A stretch of 63,956 nt of DNA, filler included, from Reclinomonas americana ATCC 50394 (lineage: Eukaryota): NCBI GenBank assembly GCA_048213135.1. It is 13 parts of 13 records of this genome, joined end to end, with 100 filler letters (N's around TTAATTAATTAA, not from the genome) between each part and the next. Parts side by side here need not be neighbours in the genome. Positions count along the whole stretch, not along the records: positions 9,120 to 15,300 come from AFZH01019747.1; positions 15,401 to 19,486 come from AFZH01019748.1; positions 19,587 to 25,086 come from AFZH01019749.1; positions 25,187 to 32,092 come from AFZH01019750.1; 9 more parts are not named here. One strand, 5' to 3'. Below are positions 13,601 to 25,435 of the stretch, one piece after another. Below the pieces are notes generated by a model. It saw only the letters and a list, made by a program, of their open reading frames with translations, was not told the origin of the DNA and made no database searches. Position 1 is the stretch's first letter, and every line of letters begins with the position of its first letter. A program made the translations under genes and the position numbers.

Positions 13601-15300
13601 GTACACCTCTTGCAGCAGCTGGCGATCCGAAGGCCGCACGTGCAGGCAGCGGCGATGCGCCACACTCAGCAACTCGCGCACCGTGGCAGGCGCAAAATGC
13701 AGCCGATGTGCTGCACAGTGAACCAACACAGCGAGATCAGCAAAGTGCGTGACGAGAGTGGCCGGGGAGAGAATGACGCAACGACCATACTTGACAATGC
13801 GCACGTCGGTACTCTTCTTATTAAGAGTCCACAAAATGCGTCGACCAATTACTTTACATCTGTCAAACTGGCTGCGTTCGCGGAAGAGTTCCGCCAGTGG
13901 TGAGAGCGGATGTGGACACATGGATTCGGGGTACTCCTCGTCTTGGAAGCCCTGCGAAGAAGAGGTAAGCAGTGGCCTGCGATGAACGGTGACTGACAAG
14001 CAAGAGGGAATACACACCAGTTCGCGGAGCCACACCATGCGTTCCTAACGGAACGAGAACAGTGAGACGCGAAGAAGGGGTGAGCGCACACTGCACAACA
14101 CAGAATTGTCAACCTCAATGCAGAAAAATACTCGCGAGTCCATGATGGGCGACTGAAAGCTCAGAAGCCAGCCGAGCACTATGTGAAGATGAAGATGAGC
14201 ATCCATTCTTTTCGGTGTGCGCGCTGCCGACAATCAGACCTTTTGAGGTGAGTGGCGTGTGGACCTCGAGATCCGGTAACCGCGCAATCGAGCCCACAAA
14301 CGATCGACTGTATCCATTGGCCATGGCCTCACGAATCAAATCTGATGAGGGGCAGGGCGACAAAGTCAGCGCTGCTCGTTCGGTGGCGAAAAATGTCGCA
14401 CAGACCCTTCTTGTTGTGCGCAGCGCCCGACATGGACATCATAAGGCTGTTGAGGAGCTCGCGCATGTGAAACGGCGTGGCGGTGACTGCAGCGCGCAGA
14501 GGCATGTGAGCGACCACCTCGCATACGAACACAAACATCCATGGCGACGACGCAACAGAATTTGGAGATGCGTCGCTTCGTGTCGTGCCCGTCGGTGACA
14601 TCGATGGGATGGCCGGCCACATCGAGCACCGCAATTCGATGCACCACCACTCCGTCGCCTGTCGCGAGTGTGAGCCTTCTTTTCGCTTGACCACCCACAA
14701 GCACACACCACAAACATACCGTCGACTTTGATGCGTCGCTTCTCCAGCGTCGACTGAAACACCTCCACCCATCGCTCAAAATCGGCCGAACCACGCTCCA
14801 CATCGCGGACCTCGATCAGTGCTGCAACCGCCCCACCATCAAACACGCCGTACGACACAGAGAGAGAGAAGGATCGCACGCCACACCTTGCGTGTCCTCC
14901 ACGATTCGCAGCAGAAAATTGCGCCAGTGATAATCGTCGAGAATGTTGGCGCGCTCAAAGGGCACCAGTGCGCGCAGCTTGTTGCACTTGTCGCGCAACG
15001 CCAGCAGCACCTTGATGCTGTAGAGCACGCACGAGTTGAACGAGTTCTGCGACTTGACAAAGAGCTGCTTGATCGCCTGCAGCTCGGCCCACTGATGCAA
15101 CAAGAGAAGAACGCGCGATCGCGAAAGCACCCAGCGAATGCGTCGCCAGCATTGAATCTGCGCTCACGTGTATCAGCGATGATGCCTTGCGTGTCCACAG
15201 TGTCCACATGAGGAGGAGGAGGCGGACCTTGCGCTCATTGGCAGCCGCAATGTGCTCCTCAGAGGTGATGATCAACGCGGCATGAGAGACATCCTCGTGT
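10656..15300 (-). CDS. Large multi-exon hypothetical protein (5' end missing), helical with a C-terminal coiled coil
   Basis: Chain of codon-biased minus-strand exons (e.g. 13100-13650, 14880-15200) with GT-AG introns, ending ...VGTQQSRRR* at 10656. No family recognised. Confidence 0.6.
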
Positions 15301-15400
15301 NNNNNNNNNNNNNNNNNNNNNNNNNNNNNNNNNNNNNNNNNNNNTTAATTAATTAANNNNNNNNNNNNNNNNNNNNNNNNNNNNNNNNNNNNNNNNNNNN

Positions 15401-17261
15401 CGTTGCGAAAGCATGAGCAAATCGGGCGAGAGGTGGGGAGTCGGAAAAGGACGGCGAGCTGCAACACACCGTCGACAGAGTACGGTTGCAGATCGGTGAG
15501 CAGCGATGGCCGGACTTGTGACAGGTCGGCCCACGTGCCGGCAGACTGCATCGCACAGCGGAACACAATTGGAATGAGCTAGCAGCACAGGCAATCGTGG
15601 CTTTGGGGAAGAGTGGGGTGGCGCACCAGTGGTTCGAATTTGTTGCCACCCCACAAGCGAATGTACACCAGCGACGGACAGCCGCCGTTCATGAGCGCCC
15701 TCCCGATCTCGGCAAGTCCCGCATCGGGGATCATGCAATTGGTCAAGAACAGTCTGTGGTCACCCCACTGTGTGTCAGCAGCAATCAGGAGAATCCAACT
15801 CCAACCCACGCGCCACGAAGCTGTTCGAGGGAGCGATTTTGTTGCAGGGCGCGCGCCAATGCCGTCGCACCGGCACGGTCGATCCGATTACCGCTGAGAT
15901 CGAGATTGCGCAGCGTGCTATTCTGCTGCAACATCTCCGCGAGCACCTCAATACCGTCCATAGTGATCTTGTTGCTGGTGGGTTGAGGGAGAAGCAGGTG
16001 AGTTCCTCCTGTCGAGTATCAGCAGCGCAGCAACCGCATCGCAACTTGGACAGATCCAGCGTGCGTAGTGTTGTGTTGCGCTTTAGTGCGGTGCTCAGCC
16101 ACTCGGCGCCACCGTTACCGATGCCAAGTCGACTCAACCCGAGATCCTCCAGTGTGCAATTGTCGCGAATCATGTTGGCCACGTGCAGTGTCGTTTCCTC
16201 CTGTCGCCACAGTCAGATCAACTGTGCTGTGGAGGTGGGCGGCGATAAACGGCTGCCACTCACTTCTGCACTAAAGAGCAGCGCATTGGAGATGTTGAGT
16301 GATCTCAGCGTCGAGTTCTCCTCCATGAGAATGTTGGCCAAGTGCACCACTGTGTCGGTCTTGATGTCGCAGTTGCCAATGTCCAGTTCCTCTGCTAGCG
16401 GTGTGAGCAACACGCACGCAAATTGAGTACCGATCGTCTCACGAACCGAGTGTTTCGTTCTCGCGCAGCATCTTGGCCAGGGCCAGACCACCGGCCTCGC
16501 CAATCGGATTGCCAAAGAGCGACTGCACACGAGACTGGATTACGAGCAGATCAATGGAGGCAGAGAGCAGAGAGTCACGCTCACCAGCATGCGAAAGTGG
16601 TAGTTCTTCCGCAGTGCAGTGGCCAGCGCAATGGCGCCCTCCTCCCGGATCGAGTTGCTGGCCAGGTTGAGCGACGTCAACGCTTGATCGCTCTGCGTGC
16701 GCCACACTTGTGAGCAACAACAACGACGACGACAACAACAACACACTCTTCTGCAACAAGAACCTTGACGAGGCGCGCCAGTGCCGTCGCTCCCGCATCC
16801 TCTAGAGATTGATGGTGAGCTCGTAAGAACTCTCGTCACTGTGTTGTTGATCGCACGCAACGGATCTGATTGAACGACAAGTCGATCGCGGAGAACACGT
16901 TGGCCTCCTCCAGAGCCTCCACCAAGCTGCACACGACGACGGATCAATCACTGTTGTCTTTCTGATGAAAGAAACATATCACGTTACCTGTACAACTCAT
17001 AATCCTGCATCCGCTTATTGAACGAAGGCGTGCGACTGCCTCTCAGATCCGCAAAGTCGGGCACCACTCCCGCACTCGCCGCCGCCTCCAGCTGCTCAAC
17101 AAACTCGGCACGCGGCTCAACATCATACTCCTGTTTGACAGAAAGAGCGAGTCACAGTCACAGTCAGAGAGAGGCAAAGAGAGAGAGAGAGACACACACA
17201 CTGCTTGCTCATTGCACGCAACTGTGGCCGAGTCGCGGACGGCCGCAATCAGTGCGCGCAT
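15401..17261 (-). CDS. LRRC34: Leucine-rich repeat protein, LRRC34-like (RNI-like LRR, cilia-associated)
   Basis: LDIGNCDI...LNISNALLFSAEEETTLHVANMIRDN...NKITMDG...IRLWGGNKF...DLQPYSVDG follows the LRRC34 motif order. The ATG is at 17261 and the 3' end is near the gap. Confidence 0.75.
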
Positions 17262-17317
17262 TGTATGATGTTAACAGACGCGGATGAGTCATTCCGCGCA
17301 TCTGTCCTTCGCGTTTG

Positions 17318-19440
17318 ATGACGGAGTGTGCAGGCATTCTTCTTCATGAGCTGTCCGGCAACGACGAGCTGCAAGCGCTGCTCGCTGTTGCACGACAGGT
17401 TCTCTCTTTGTGTGTTGTCACACTCTGTGTAACAGTGATCGTGTATTGATCCGCGCGCGCGCAGACTCCTGACTCGCTGTTGATCCTCTATGCCTTTGGC
17501 CTGGTGTGTGTGTATGTGTGTCTGTGACACAGAGAGAGTGAGTTAGTGAGTGAGTCTGATCTGTGTGTACAGTGGTCGCCAAAGTGCTTCAAGGTGTCTC
17601 CCGAGGTACACTCTTTGCCTGCTCGTGTCTCTCGCAACTGTCTCGACACTCAGTGGGTGGTGCAGGTGTTGAATGCGTCTGCCGCCTACCCGAATGCGCT
17701 GTTTGTCAAGGTGATCTTTGTGTGTGCGTGTGATTGCTCTCCTTCTCTACTCGCTGTGATCTCATCCCTTGTGTCGATGCAGATGAACGCCGCCAAGCAC
17801 GAGGTGTGACGACGAGCTGCTGTTGCTGCTGCTTCGCCTGTCGTCTTTCTCTCTCACATGCACATGGATGCTCCCCCAGCGTGCACTGCGCGGGCTTGGC
17901 CTCACGTGCGTGGAAAACCGACTTGTCTCGCGACTGTTCATCGCAGTTGTGCCTCACAAAGTGTTTGGCAGATCGTTCCCCTCAGCGGTGGTCTTCCGCG
18001 GTGGCGAGTGTGTCTCGCTGTTTCCGGAACTGGAGGCTGGCCAGATTGCGACGGAGCTTGAGCATGCCGAGCAGTCGCATTCTCCATGTTGCGTCCCGAA
18101 GAGCGTCTTTTTTAGGCCAGCTGTGAGGATGACGAGTGTGTGTGTGTTTTCTGGCAGTTTTGTTGCCACCGTGCTGCCCGCTGTCGGCGCTGGAGACCGC
18201 CATGTACGACGCACTGAAGGCAAAGTTTCTGCGGCAGCAGGCACATCGCCAGAAGCCTGCGCCAGGCAGTTGCGTCGAGCGAAAACGTGTGCATGTTGAT
18301 CGCGCCCTGATCGTCGTCTGATTGCTGTGTCGCGTGGCAGCCCTTTATGCCCCTGGAAACCTCTTCACAATCTCAGAAGAGTGCTCAGGCTCTGTGCAGA
18401 TTGTGGTACATACCTGCATCAGTGGCATCCTCTCCTTCCCGTCTCTCTCACTCATCATCAACACAGACGCACGCAGGTTTTCCACGTGATCACGACGTCC
18501 TCACCGTCAGTCAGACATAGTGCGTGCCGATGTGTGTTGTTTTCAGGCGTGTCGGCACTCACTTTCACTTGCTGGCAGCGCATGGGATATCAATGTTGAT
18601 ACCACTGGCCCGTCGCCCGTACCAGCAGGCGTCTACGACATTGTGATGGAGCTGTGTTGTACAGCGAGCAACAGTTGTTGCGTGAACACACATCTTCTGT
18701 GCGCGCGCACTGGTCATCTGCTGAGAGTGCGTGTGCAGTCTCTGGAACCTACATTACCATTCGCGGTGTCAAGCCTCTGCAACCCGGTGCAGAGGAACCA
18801 GAACGTGTGGACATTGCCAGCCGGCGGTTCACAGAGTCTGACGGCCCAGCAGCCGATCATCCTCCGGGTACAATGGATACGCACATCACCGCAATCTCGC
18901 TCCTCCTGCTTACTTTGTTCACCAGATGAGTACTATTTCGGCACAATCGGCACGGTGAGTGTTGCCGAGGGTTTCGAGAAGATCAACTTCCATTTGCACA
19001 ACCCGAGAGGAGACTACGTGTATGGTAAGTTCACAGGACGGTTTGTGTGTTCTGCTGCATTGTTTTCTCGCCGCTGTAACCCTTCTTGCTGCTACTCGCA
19101 GGGATGTTTATTGGCAGTATACGCATGGTACCGAGCGCGGAGACTCCAGCCTCGAGGAATGAGCCCACGCCCGGCAGTTGCGTCCTCCCTCCCATGAGCA
19201 GCTCTGCGCGCACGTTCATCTCGCACTGACGGTGTGATCAATGCCACAGCCGTGTATGCACCGGCTGAGGGCTTTGACGGTCCTCATGTAGGCACGGAAC
19301 ACATACTGATTCAGGTGAGACTTGTCGCAGTCGTTTCTAGCACATGTGAAACCTGCCTGTTTGACTCGTTGCGGTCGTGGCAGAGGGATATGTCTTTCCG
19401 TCGCGACCACCAGGTATTGTACATTGACAACGTGTGGTGC
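17318..19440 (+). CDS. Thioredoxin-like N-terminal domain (WSPKC motif) fused to an uncharacterised beta-rich region (3' partial)
   Basis: Spliced: ELSGNDELQALL...LLILYAFGLWSPKCFKVSPEVLNASAAYPNALFVKMN...FPSAVVFRGGECV, a Trx-fold pattern. Confidence 0.55.
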
Positions 19441-19773
19441 GTACGCTTGCGACTCCCTGTGACACCATGGCACCCGCACACTGATCNNNNNNNNNNNNNN
19501 NNNNNNNNNNNNNNNNNNNNNNNNNNNNNNTTAATTAATTAANNNNNNNNNNNNNNNNNNNNNNNNNNNNNNNNNNNNNNNNNNNNACACACACACACAC
19601 ACGCACACACGCTCGATGCTCTGATGAACCAACCAAGTGTTGGAGGAGGATGTGGAGAAACCTTGGACTTTGCTTGGTGAGACACAGCCAAATAAGGCAA
19701 CCCTGGAGAAAACCCTGGGGTTCCAAGGCAAATTCCAGCCTTTTCCAACAAACCTGCTCCGTCGTCGATCCAC

Positions 19774-21157
19774 ATGGACGCCGCACGCACTGCGTTTCTG
19801 GAGCGGCAAGTCGACGCACTCAGTCGCGAAAACGCCGCACTCGGACGTGTCGTCGAAAGCCTGCGCAATGCAAGCCAATCCGCCGATGTCGAAGTTACCT
19901 GGCCTTTCACTCGCCCCCGCTCTCTGCTCTGACTCACACTCGACACAAGCACAGGTTCGCGAGTGGCGTGATCGCGATCTGCGACAACGCGATCTGCACG
20001 AGCGACTTCGCGATGAGGTGCGACAGTGGCGCGAACGTGCAGAGAGCGCTGAGCGGACTGTTCGCGCGCAACAGAGACAACTCAAACGCGATCGACGCGT
20101 CGAGCGACGACAAGCCAACGCAGTCTGTGACTCACTCACTCACACTCTCCTCTGTGTCTCTGCGATCTGATTGGTCTGAGCGAGCGCAGGAGGAGGTGGC
20201 GTACTGGCAACGCGAGGCCACTGCGCACGCGCGACGAGCAGAAGACGCGCTGCGAGGGCGTGCAGAGGAGGCCTCGCGTGCGCATCGACTGAGTCAGCAG
20301 CTGGAGGCAGCCATGGCGCGAGTCACCGAGACTCGCGAGGAGTACGCGACAGTGGTCAATGAGCTGGCGTTTCGTGGCTTGATTGCCTGCTGCTGTCAAT
20401 GGTCTGCTTGTTGACTCCTTCAGCGTGTATAGTGAGACGCGTGCGATATACTGTGAGCTGCGGTTGTCGCACCGGCTCGAGTCGGCGAGGAGAGTGCGCG
20501 ACGATTTGCGGTATTTGGTCGGCGATGAGCCGCTGACGCCGACCAATGAGGCGGCGCTGTTGCTGCTCAAGACCGAGGTCGATGATGAGCGGCGCTTGTC
20601 GGCCACACTGCGCAGTATGTGTGAGACGGCGGAGAGCGAGCGGAGGGCGTTGCAGGAGGAGATGGCCGAGGCGCAGTCGCGGATCTTGGAATGTTGCGTC
20701 CTGGCTCGAGAATGACTGCCTCGCCGCAGGGAGAGACTCAGTGTGTACTGGGACAGTGCACTCGACGGTGGCCATGCTGCAGAACGACTGCAAGACGCTC
20801 AGTGCGGCGCGGCTGGCCGACGCCGAGATGATTCAGCAGCTGCAGAACACCGTGACGCACTTGCACGGGGTGCTGGCGGTGGTCCGCGACGAGCAGGATC
20901 AGGCGCGGTTCGGCTCAGCTGTTGATGTCTACGACGATGACGACGACGACGACAAGCAGAGAGGTGGAAAAGGAAGGCAAGTGGAGGAGGCAGAAGAGAA
21001 CGACGACGACGACGATGAGCAGCAAAGGAGGAGGAGCAGCAGCAGCACGCAAGGGCATCGGAAGCTGATGGCGCGGCTGAGCTCACCAACGCGCAAGAGA
21101 CCAGCAGTGCCAACGCAATCGAGACGAGCATCACAGCAGAGAGAGCAGCAGCGATGA
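19774..21157 (+). CDS. Coiled-coil hypothetical protein
   Basis: MDAARTAFLERQVDALSRENAAL... with heptad-rich exons and short introns; TGA at about 21155. Confidence 0.55.
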
Positions 21158-21388
21158 AAGATGGTAATTAATGACACACGGAAGGGATGAAGAAGAGCCA
21201 TATCACTTGGATGGATCATGCTTTTGCAGATAGGACAGGTGCACAAGAGGAGCAGCTGTTCCTCTACTTAGTCTGTCAGCGCTGGAGTTCGCCAGCTCCA
21301 CAAGGAGAAGGCCAGCTGCACACAGGTCCAACTGCACCTCATCGTACACTGCACGAATCTCTGCTTTCTCTTCCTCCTTCACACTCCT

Positions 21389-21755
21389 TCACCTCCTCTG
21401 CGCAGACGACTCCTCCGCAGGTGCACCAGGCGGCCGCAAAACAAGCTCAGGCGGAGGCGCAGTCAGAGGCTGCTGCCCTGACTGATAATGATAATGCGAC
21501 CCTCCTCCTCCTCCGCCTCCACTGCCCTCTCCGCCACCTCCTCCAATCCGCGGGATGGGAGGCAGGTGGAACTGCTGCTCCAGGTACACACCAGTGGTTA
21601 CTGAGCGTGTGTGTGTGTGAGTGAGAGTGAGAATGAGAGAGACAGTGTGAGTTAGGCCTCTCTCTCAAACCTCCTGTGAGAAGCCCGGCACCGACTGCGG
21701 TGGAGGCGACTGCACGCAATGCAGTGAGTGGCACAAGCAGCTTCAGCCACAACAT
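21389..21755 (-). CDS. Small protein with an STMP1/C7orf73-like segment
   Basis: Two exons give MLWLKLLVPL...GLLTGVTTGVYLEQQFHLPPI, resembling the STMP1 GxxxGxYLAQxYxxP motif. Confidence 0.35.
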
Positions 21756-21894
21756 CTTTGTCGCACGCGCACGCGTGTGCCGGAATAACAAAGAGCGCGG
21801 ATCAACGAACGCGATTTCACTCGTTACGTGCAGTCTCTCTTCTCCGCTCATTTCTCGCTCCTCGTACACAAAGGCATGATGGGAGGAGATCGCA

Positions 21895-24800
21895 TCAATA
21901 GTCGCCGCCATCGAGACCGCCTGGTGGAGGAGCCACGGCGAGCTTCTTGCCTGGCAGGCGACGAGCACCGGGGCGTGCACGGGCGAGCGTGGCTGGCTCG
22001 GCGGGTTCTGGTGGTGGTGCGGCGGCGGAGGCTGCTGCTGCTGCTGCTGCTGGTGAGGAAGCGCTGCCGGCATCGGCTGCATGTGCGTGCCGTGGTGGAG
22101 GCGGGGGTGGAGGAGGCTGGCGTGGTCGTGCAGGAGCGGGTGGAGGACCGGCGGCGCCCATCAGTGGGACGGCACCAAGGCGTGCCATGCGCTCCTTGAC
22201 GGACAGTGGTCGCGCCGGCTCGTCCTCGTCAGGAGTGGCGACCGTAGCCTCGGGTGGCGGCACTGCAGTGTCGGTGTTGGGCGCGAACGGTTCGGGCTTG
22301 ACTGCGGCCGTGGGAGGTGTGCCGGCGTTGGCCAGTGGATTGACAGTGAGGCGCGCGGCGGCGGCTGCCTTTGGTGGTGGCGGCGTGGGCGCGGGGGCAC
22401 CGAAACCAGCGGCGTTCAGACGTGCCATGCGCTCCTTGAGGGTGAGCGGGCGTGAAATGTCGTCGTCGTCGCTCGGAGGTGCAGCGGCTGGCGTCGACTG
22501 GGGGGTTGATGGGGTGGTCGGGGTCGTTGGTGACGCCACAGCAGGGGCAGGTGTCGCAGCCGGAGTAGTGGGTGTGGCGGGAAGGGGGGCACGGGCAGCA
22601 GCAGCAGCCGGAGCAGCAGCGGGTGGGGCCGGCAGAGGGGCACGAGCGGCGACAGGAGCTGGAGCAGCGGCAGGAGCGGCGACAGGAGCAGGAGCAGCAG
22701 CAGGAGCGGCGGCAGGAGCAGGAGCGGCGGCAGCGGGAGCAGGAGCCGGAGCGGCGGCAGCAGCAGGAGCAGGAGCAGCGACCGGAACAGGAGCAGGAGC
22801 AGCGGCAGCAGGAGCAGCGGCAGCAGGAGCCGGTGCTGGAGCAGCAGCAGGAGCAGGAGCAGGAGCAGGAGCAGCAGCAGGGGCGGCGACAGGAGCAGGA
22901 GCAGGAGCGGCGACAGGAGCTGGAGCGGCAGCGGCAACAGGCGCCGGTTGCGTGACAACTGCCGGTGGGGTGACAGGCTTTGGTTGCTCCGCAGCAGAAA
23001 CAGCAGCAACAGTGGCCGGTGACACAGGTGAGTTGACATTCTTGGCTCGTGACGGTGGCAACGGTGGCGGAGGAGGCCGAGAATGTGATGATGCTGCGCT
23101 CGGTGCGGCAGCTGCCGTCGCCTGCACTGGTGGCACAACGATGGCTACAGGAGCAGCCGGCGGTGGCGGAGGCGGGCTGTGCGCGTCCTTGGACTCCAAT
23201 GATTCGACCGACGGGAGCATCGCAGCCTGGTGGCAGACTGGCGCGTCAGTGCCATAACGCAAGAGGGTGCCAGAGAGGAAAGGCTGAGCACGTAACTACG
23301 CTGCGAGGCGGCTTGATGGGTGACACGGAGCGTGGTGGCTTGATTGGCGAGGATGCGGGAGCCGCTGCTGATGAGCCAATCTCAGCCTTTGGTGGTGATG
23401 GCGCACGAGCAGGAGCCTGTCATGCGAAACATCAGCACACACAAGTGCGTGAATACAGCGAAGGATGCTGGAACGAACCGCTTCGGTAGGGGATGTGATG
23501 ACGGTTGTGGGTGCGGGAGACGGCTGGAGGCAACAAAGCAGTCAGTATCCATGAACGAGTGCGACGAGGCGCTGTAGAGGGCAAGCGTGCCTTTTCCTTT
23601 TCTGCCACCTCCACAGGATCCGGTACTTCGGCGACAGCTGCCTGCGCTGTTTCGCTGTGGCTCACAACATTTTCCAGCACCTGCCACCTCCCGAGTGAGC
23701 ACGCCGATCAACAATCCGCAATAAAGATCAAACACAGACCTCTTCCACCACGAGTGTGGGTGAGGCGAGGGCCCCCTGCCGAAATAAAGCACAAACGTCA
23801 AGAGAGCTTCGGTGCAAAATGACCTTCTCATCAACACGCACCGGTGAGTCAGCCGGTGGCTCCGAGTCGGTGCTGACCACAAGAGCAGGTGTTTTGTCAC
23901 TACGGAACGCAATTAATCGCACATTCACACGAACGAGCAGACTATCACACGCGACGAGACACACCTCGGTTGCGAGGCCAGATTCAAGCTGCCGCTGCTG
24001 GCAGTTGCATTACCAGATCTGTGTCACACAAGCTGGGCATCAGAGAGAAATCCAAAAGATCGCAAACAAGACGGAGACGAAACGCTGGTGTACTCTGCAC
24101 AGGCGTCGGTTCCAACGAGGAAGTGCGTGAAAACCGTGAGGGAATGACAGGCGCTGCGAATGCTGCAAGGAAAAATGAGAGTGAGGCACAAGCCGCAAAG
24201 TACTCATGTTATTCCAGCCACCGAGAAACACACATACCAGGCGCCGCGTCTCCGAATTTGACAGTGCCATGCATGACCATCGACTGAGGTCGTGGACGCA
24301 TGCCGCCCACCGCCAGCGACGAGGCTGCACCAGTGGCAGCAGTCGGTGCCTCCTGCATGACCATGAGAGAGTGTGATGAGGACAAGCGACACTCCAGGCT
24401 AAAGCAGATGTAGTTCGTGAAGAAAAGGATGAACATCCATCTCTGATTAGAAGTGTGACTCGTGTATGTGCATGTCCTCGCAGTGCGATCCTATCTGCAA
24501 GAGGACACTTGACACAGACAGGAGTATCACATCACGTCTCAAATTTCTGTCGTGCACAGTGCTTGACTCGTGTGCGTGCATGTATTCGCTAAGCAAGATA
24601 TACAGCGTGACCCTATATGCGAAGAAGACAAGGATGAAACAAGAGTATCAATCCCCGTCTGTCTCTGTCGCGCACAGTACGCCTAACTGGTGTATGTGCA
24701 AGCCATCGCAATGCTGATATACAGTGTGCCCTGGCATGCACAGTATGCTTGACTCGTGCGTACGTGCGAATGTGTCTCATTGTCATCTGTGTGTCAACCT

Positions 24801-25086
24801 GTGACGCAGAACAAGACTTCATCTCTCTGCTTCCCGCACACTCGCACATCCCCGATCAAGGCCAGTGCTACATCTCTCAATAATCCCGCGACGAACTCGC
24901 CGACTCGACACACACTCTCCTGCACCCACTCCCACAACAATGCACGCAACATGCGACAGCGTTCGCGTCACTGGCGGCGGCGGAACTGGAGGTTTGACAG
25001 GCGCCGCAGCCGGCTTCGGTGCCGCCGCCGCAGGAGCAGCTGCTGGCTTCACCACCGGCGCAGGAGCCGGAACCGGAGCCGGATCC
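21895..25086 (-). CDS. Pro/Ala-rich protein, putative actin/capping-protein regulator (5' partial)
   Basis: A 455-codon terminal exon with PA repeats, two RPLxxKERMARL motifs and C-terminal TLARARPGARRLP; several upstream short exons. Confidence 0.55.
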
Positions 25087-25186
25087 NNNNNNNNNNNNNN
25101 NNNNNNNNNNNNNNNNNNNNNNNNNNNNNNTTAATTAATTAANNNNNNNNNNNNNNNNNNNNNNNNNNNNNNNNNNNNNNNNNNNN

Positions 25187-25243
<57 letters not shown>

Positions 25244-25435
25244 TGTGTGTGTGCGTGAGAGAGAGAGAGAGAGAGATAGATGGAGGGAGGGAGAGTGAGT
25301 CCGAGTGTGTGCGTGTTGTGAGTGCATGTGAGTGAGTGAGTGAGTGAGTGAGTGTGTGTGAGTGTGTGTAAGAGAGAGAAGAGTGATCTGTGCCCTTGAC
25401 TCTCTCTCTCTCTCTCTCTCTCTTGTCTCTCTCAG

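Noticed and set aside
21947..23257. 436-aa Gly/Ala-rich plus-strand ORF
   Set aside because: Antisense shadow of the Pro/Ala-rich minus-strand exon.
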